NCBI GenBank assembly: GCA_035502275.1
Contig: DATJUN010000020.1
Coordinates: 1,821-65,820, forward strand
Reading direction: 5' to 3'
Length of the DNA: 64,000 nt
DNA from: Steroidobacteraceae bacterium
GTDB lineage: Bacteria; Pseudomonadota; Gammaproteobacteria; Steroidobacterales; Steroidobacteraceae
The translations under genes and the position numbers were made by a program. Below are positions 62,802-64,000 of this stretch, in pieces. The notes below the pieces were generated by a model. That model had not been told where the DNA came from. It worked only from the letters and a program-made list of their open reading frames with translations, and ran no database searches. Each line of letters opens with the position of its first letter. The first letter of the stretch is position 1.

Positions 62802-63838
62802 TCCCCCGGACGAAGCTGCCGGCAGCGCTGCTCGCGAATTCGCTTGGTCTCGCGCTGCTGCTGTACGCGGGCCGAGCCCGCGCTCAGGTCGATCTGTCGG
62901 GCAACTGGCAACCGGCGGAACCGCCGTTCGCCCAGTTGATTGCTACCGGCCCACCGCCGGGCGATTTTCTGGGTATTCCACTCAATCGGGAAGGTCGGGC
63001 GCTGGCCGCGAGCGCCAACCCCGATGGGACTCTGGAGGAGCTGGGCCATCAATGCCAGGAGTGGCTGACGACGTTCTTCGGCGGTGGCGTATTCGGCGTT
63101 GAGATCCGCCCCATCGGTGATCGGCTCAACGGCGCTCACATCGTGGCCTGGCACCTGAGCGGCGTGACGGACCGGCCCGAGCAGACGATCTGGATCGACG
63201 GCCGCAGCCCCCCCTCATCGAGCGCGCTGCACACGTGGGGTGGCTTCGCCATCGGCCACTGGGAGGGCAACACCCTGGCCGTTTCGATCTCGAACATCTC
63301 CGATGGGTGGATGACGCACAACTTCGCACCGGAGAGTGATCAGGCGACCGTGGATATGTTTTTGAGCCGTCAGAATAATCTCCTGGTCGTGACCTACATC
63401 ATCCATGACCCGATCTACCTGTCGGCTCCCTTCATCAGGGCCGACACGTACCGGCTATCGGAGGCCAGTCCCAGCTACGGCATTGGGACCGTGAACGATT
63501 GCCTGCCTGCCGAAAGCCTTCCCGGACTCAATGACCGTAATCGGGCCGCTCCAGCCATGCTGCCGGCCAACAACCCTGCGCTCAACTTCATGATGAATCA
63601 CTATGGAATTCCATCGCAGATCGCGCTCGGGGGAGCGGAGCAGATGTATCCGGATTTCCAGCGGCAGCTCGGCAGGCTCTACCGTGTGCCCAAGGGCTAT
63701 TGCGTTCAATACTGCTGCTTCGCGCAGGGTGCCTTTCGGGGTGATCAATGTCCGGCTCCGGCTCCGGCGACACCACCCGCCGGCGCCGCGGCATCCGCCG
63801 GCGGTGACGACCTCCCGGCGGCAGGAACACGCCCTTGA
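62798..63838 (+). CDS. Exported hypothetical protein, family X, long form (module 2, third gene)
   Basis: ATGA overlap with the upstream gene. Signal peptide ..YAGRARAQ. Motifs DLSGNWQP, GDFLGIPLN, HQCQEW, GHWEGNTLAV, DPIYLSAPF and NDC. Has a Cys-rich, Pro/Ala-rich C-terminal tail. Confidence 0.65.
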   Translation: MIPRTKLPAALLANSLGLALLLYAGRARAQVDLSGNWQPAEPPFAQLIATGPPPGDFLGIPLNREGRALAASANPDGTLEELGHQCQEWLTTFFGGGVFGVEIRPIGDRLNGAHIVAWHLSGVTDRPEQTIWIDGRSPPSSSALHTWGGFAIGHWEGNTLAVSISNISDGWMTHNFAPESDQATVDMFLSRQNNLLVVTYIIHDPIYLSAPFIRADTYRLSEASPSYGIGTVNDCLPAESLPGLNDRNRAAPAMLPANNPALNFMMNHYGIPSQIALGGAEQMYPDFQRQLGRLYRVPKGYCVQYCCFAQGAFRGDQCPAPAPATPPAGAAASAGGDDLPAAGTRP

Positions 63839-64000
63839 CGCACAGCGTAAGTAGCCTTGACGACAGGTCAAGCTCCAACGGAACAAAGATCCCGCGCTCA
63901 CGGTCTGTGATGGGGGACCTGGGGGATTGAGCAGTTCTCGGCGCGCGGTGCTTGCCTGCGCGCCCGGCGTGGGAAAAGGTACCGAAAGGTACCGTATACT

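Overview
All family assignments here come from reading the translations by eye. No BLAST, HMM or structure search was run, and the metal-site and nucleophile calls rest on by-eye alignments.

This is a very GC-rich chromosomal segment with strong third-position GC bias and many long spurious antisense ORFs. About 57 credible protein-coding genes are packed tightly, and many are joined by ATGA, GTGA or TTGA stop/start overlaps. I found no rRNA, tRNA, CRISPR array, transposase or integrase. The gene content suggests an environmental aromatic- or polymer-degrading Gammaproteobacterium (Xanthomonadales/Nevskiales-like). That taxonomic call is only a guess.

**Left third (1-21 kb), mostly housekeeping and efflux**
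- An operon of amidinotransferase-like gene, birA, coaX and a SPOR-domain gene.
- A split spermidine-synthase-like pair.
- glnB, and bfr-bfd with a Fur-box-like promoter.
- A NodT/EmrB/EmrA-type tripartite efflux operon with a divergent TetR regulator.
- An aldehyde dehydrogenase plus maleylacetate reductase pair.
- A DUF6152-like gene followed by two paralogous membrane proteins.
- A TetR, DUF3237, OYE reductase and DoxX group.

**Middle (21.5-38.1 kb), one 14-gene co-directional minus-strand array**
- In transcription order: CoA-transferase A and B, a membrane protein, an M24 hydrolase, and 2-oxoacid dehydrogenase E2.
- Then a beta-hydroxyacid dehydrogenase and a His-rich COG0523 GTPase.
- Then E1 alpha and beta, succinate-semialdehyde dehydrogenase, and a cytochrome c-PQQ dehydrogenase.
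- Then an orphan hydroquinone-dioxygenase large-subunit-like cupin, CobS, and a Tat-exported carboxylesterase.

**Right third (38-64 kb), accessory-looking and full of ancient paralog pairs**
- Two secreted S9-peptidase-like proteins without a visible nucleophile.
- A second copy of the cytochrome c-PQQ dehydrogenase.
- A Cys-type sulfatase and a TonB-dependent receptor.
- A pcaHGB-pcaDC protocatechuate operon.

**Most interesting signal:** a tightly coupled three-gene module of exported proteins occurs twice, in permuted gene order. It consists of two distant paralogs of an uncharacterised family plus an MBL-fold protein with a degenerate metal site. The two copies bracket the TonB-dependent receptor and the pca genes.
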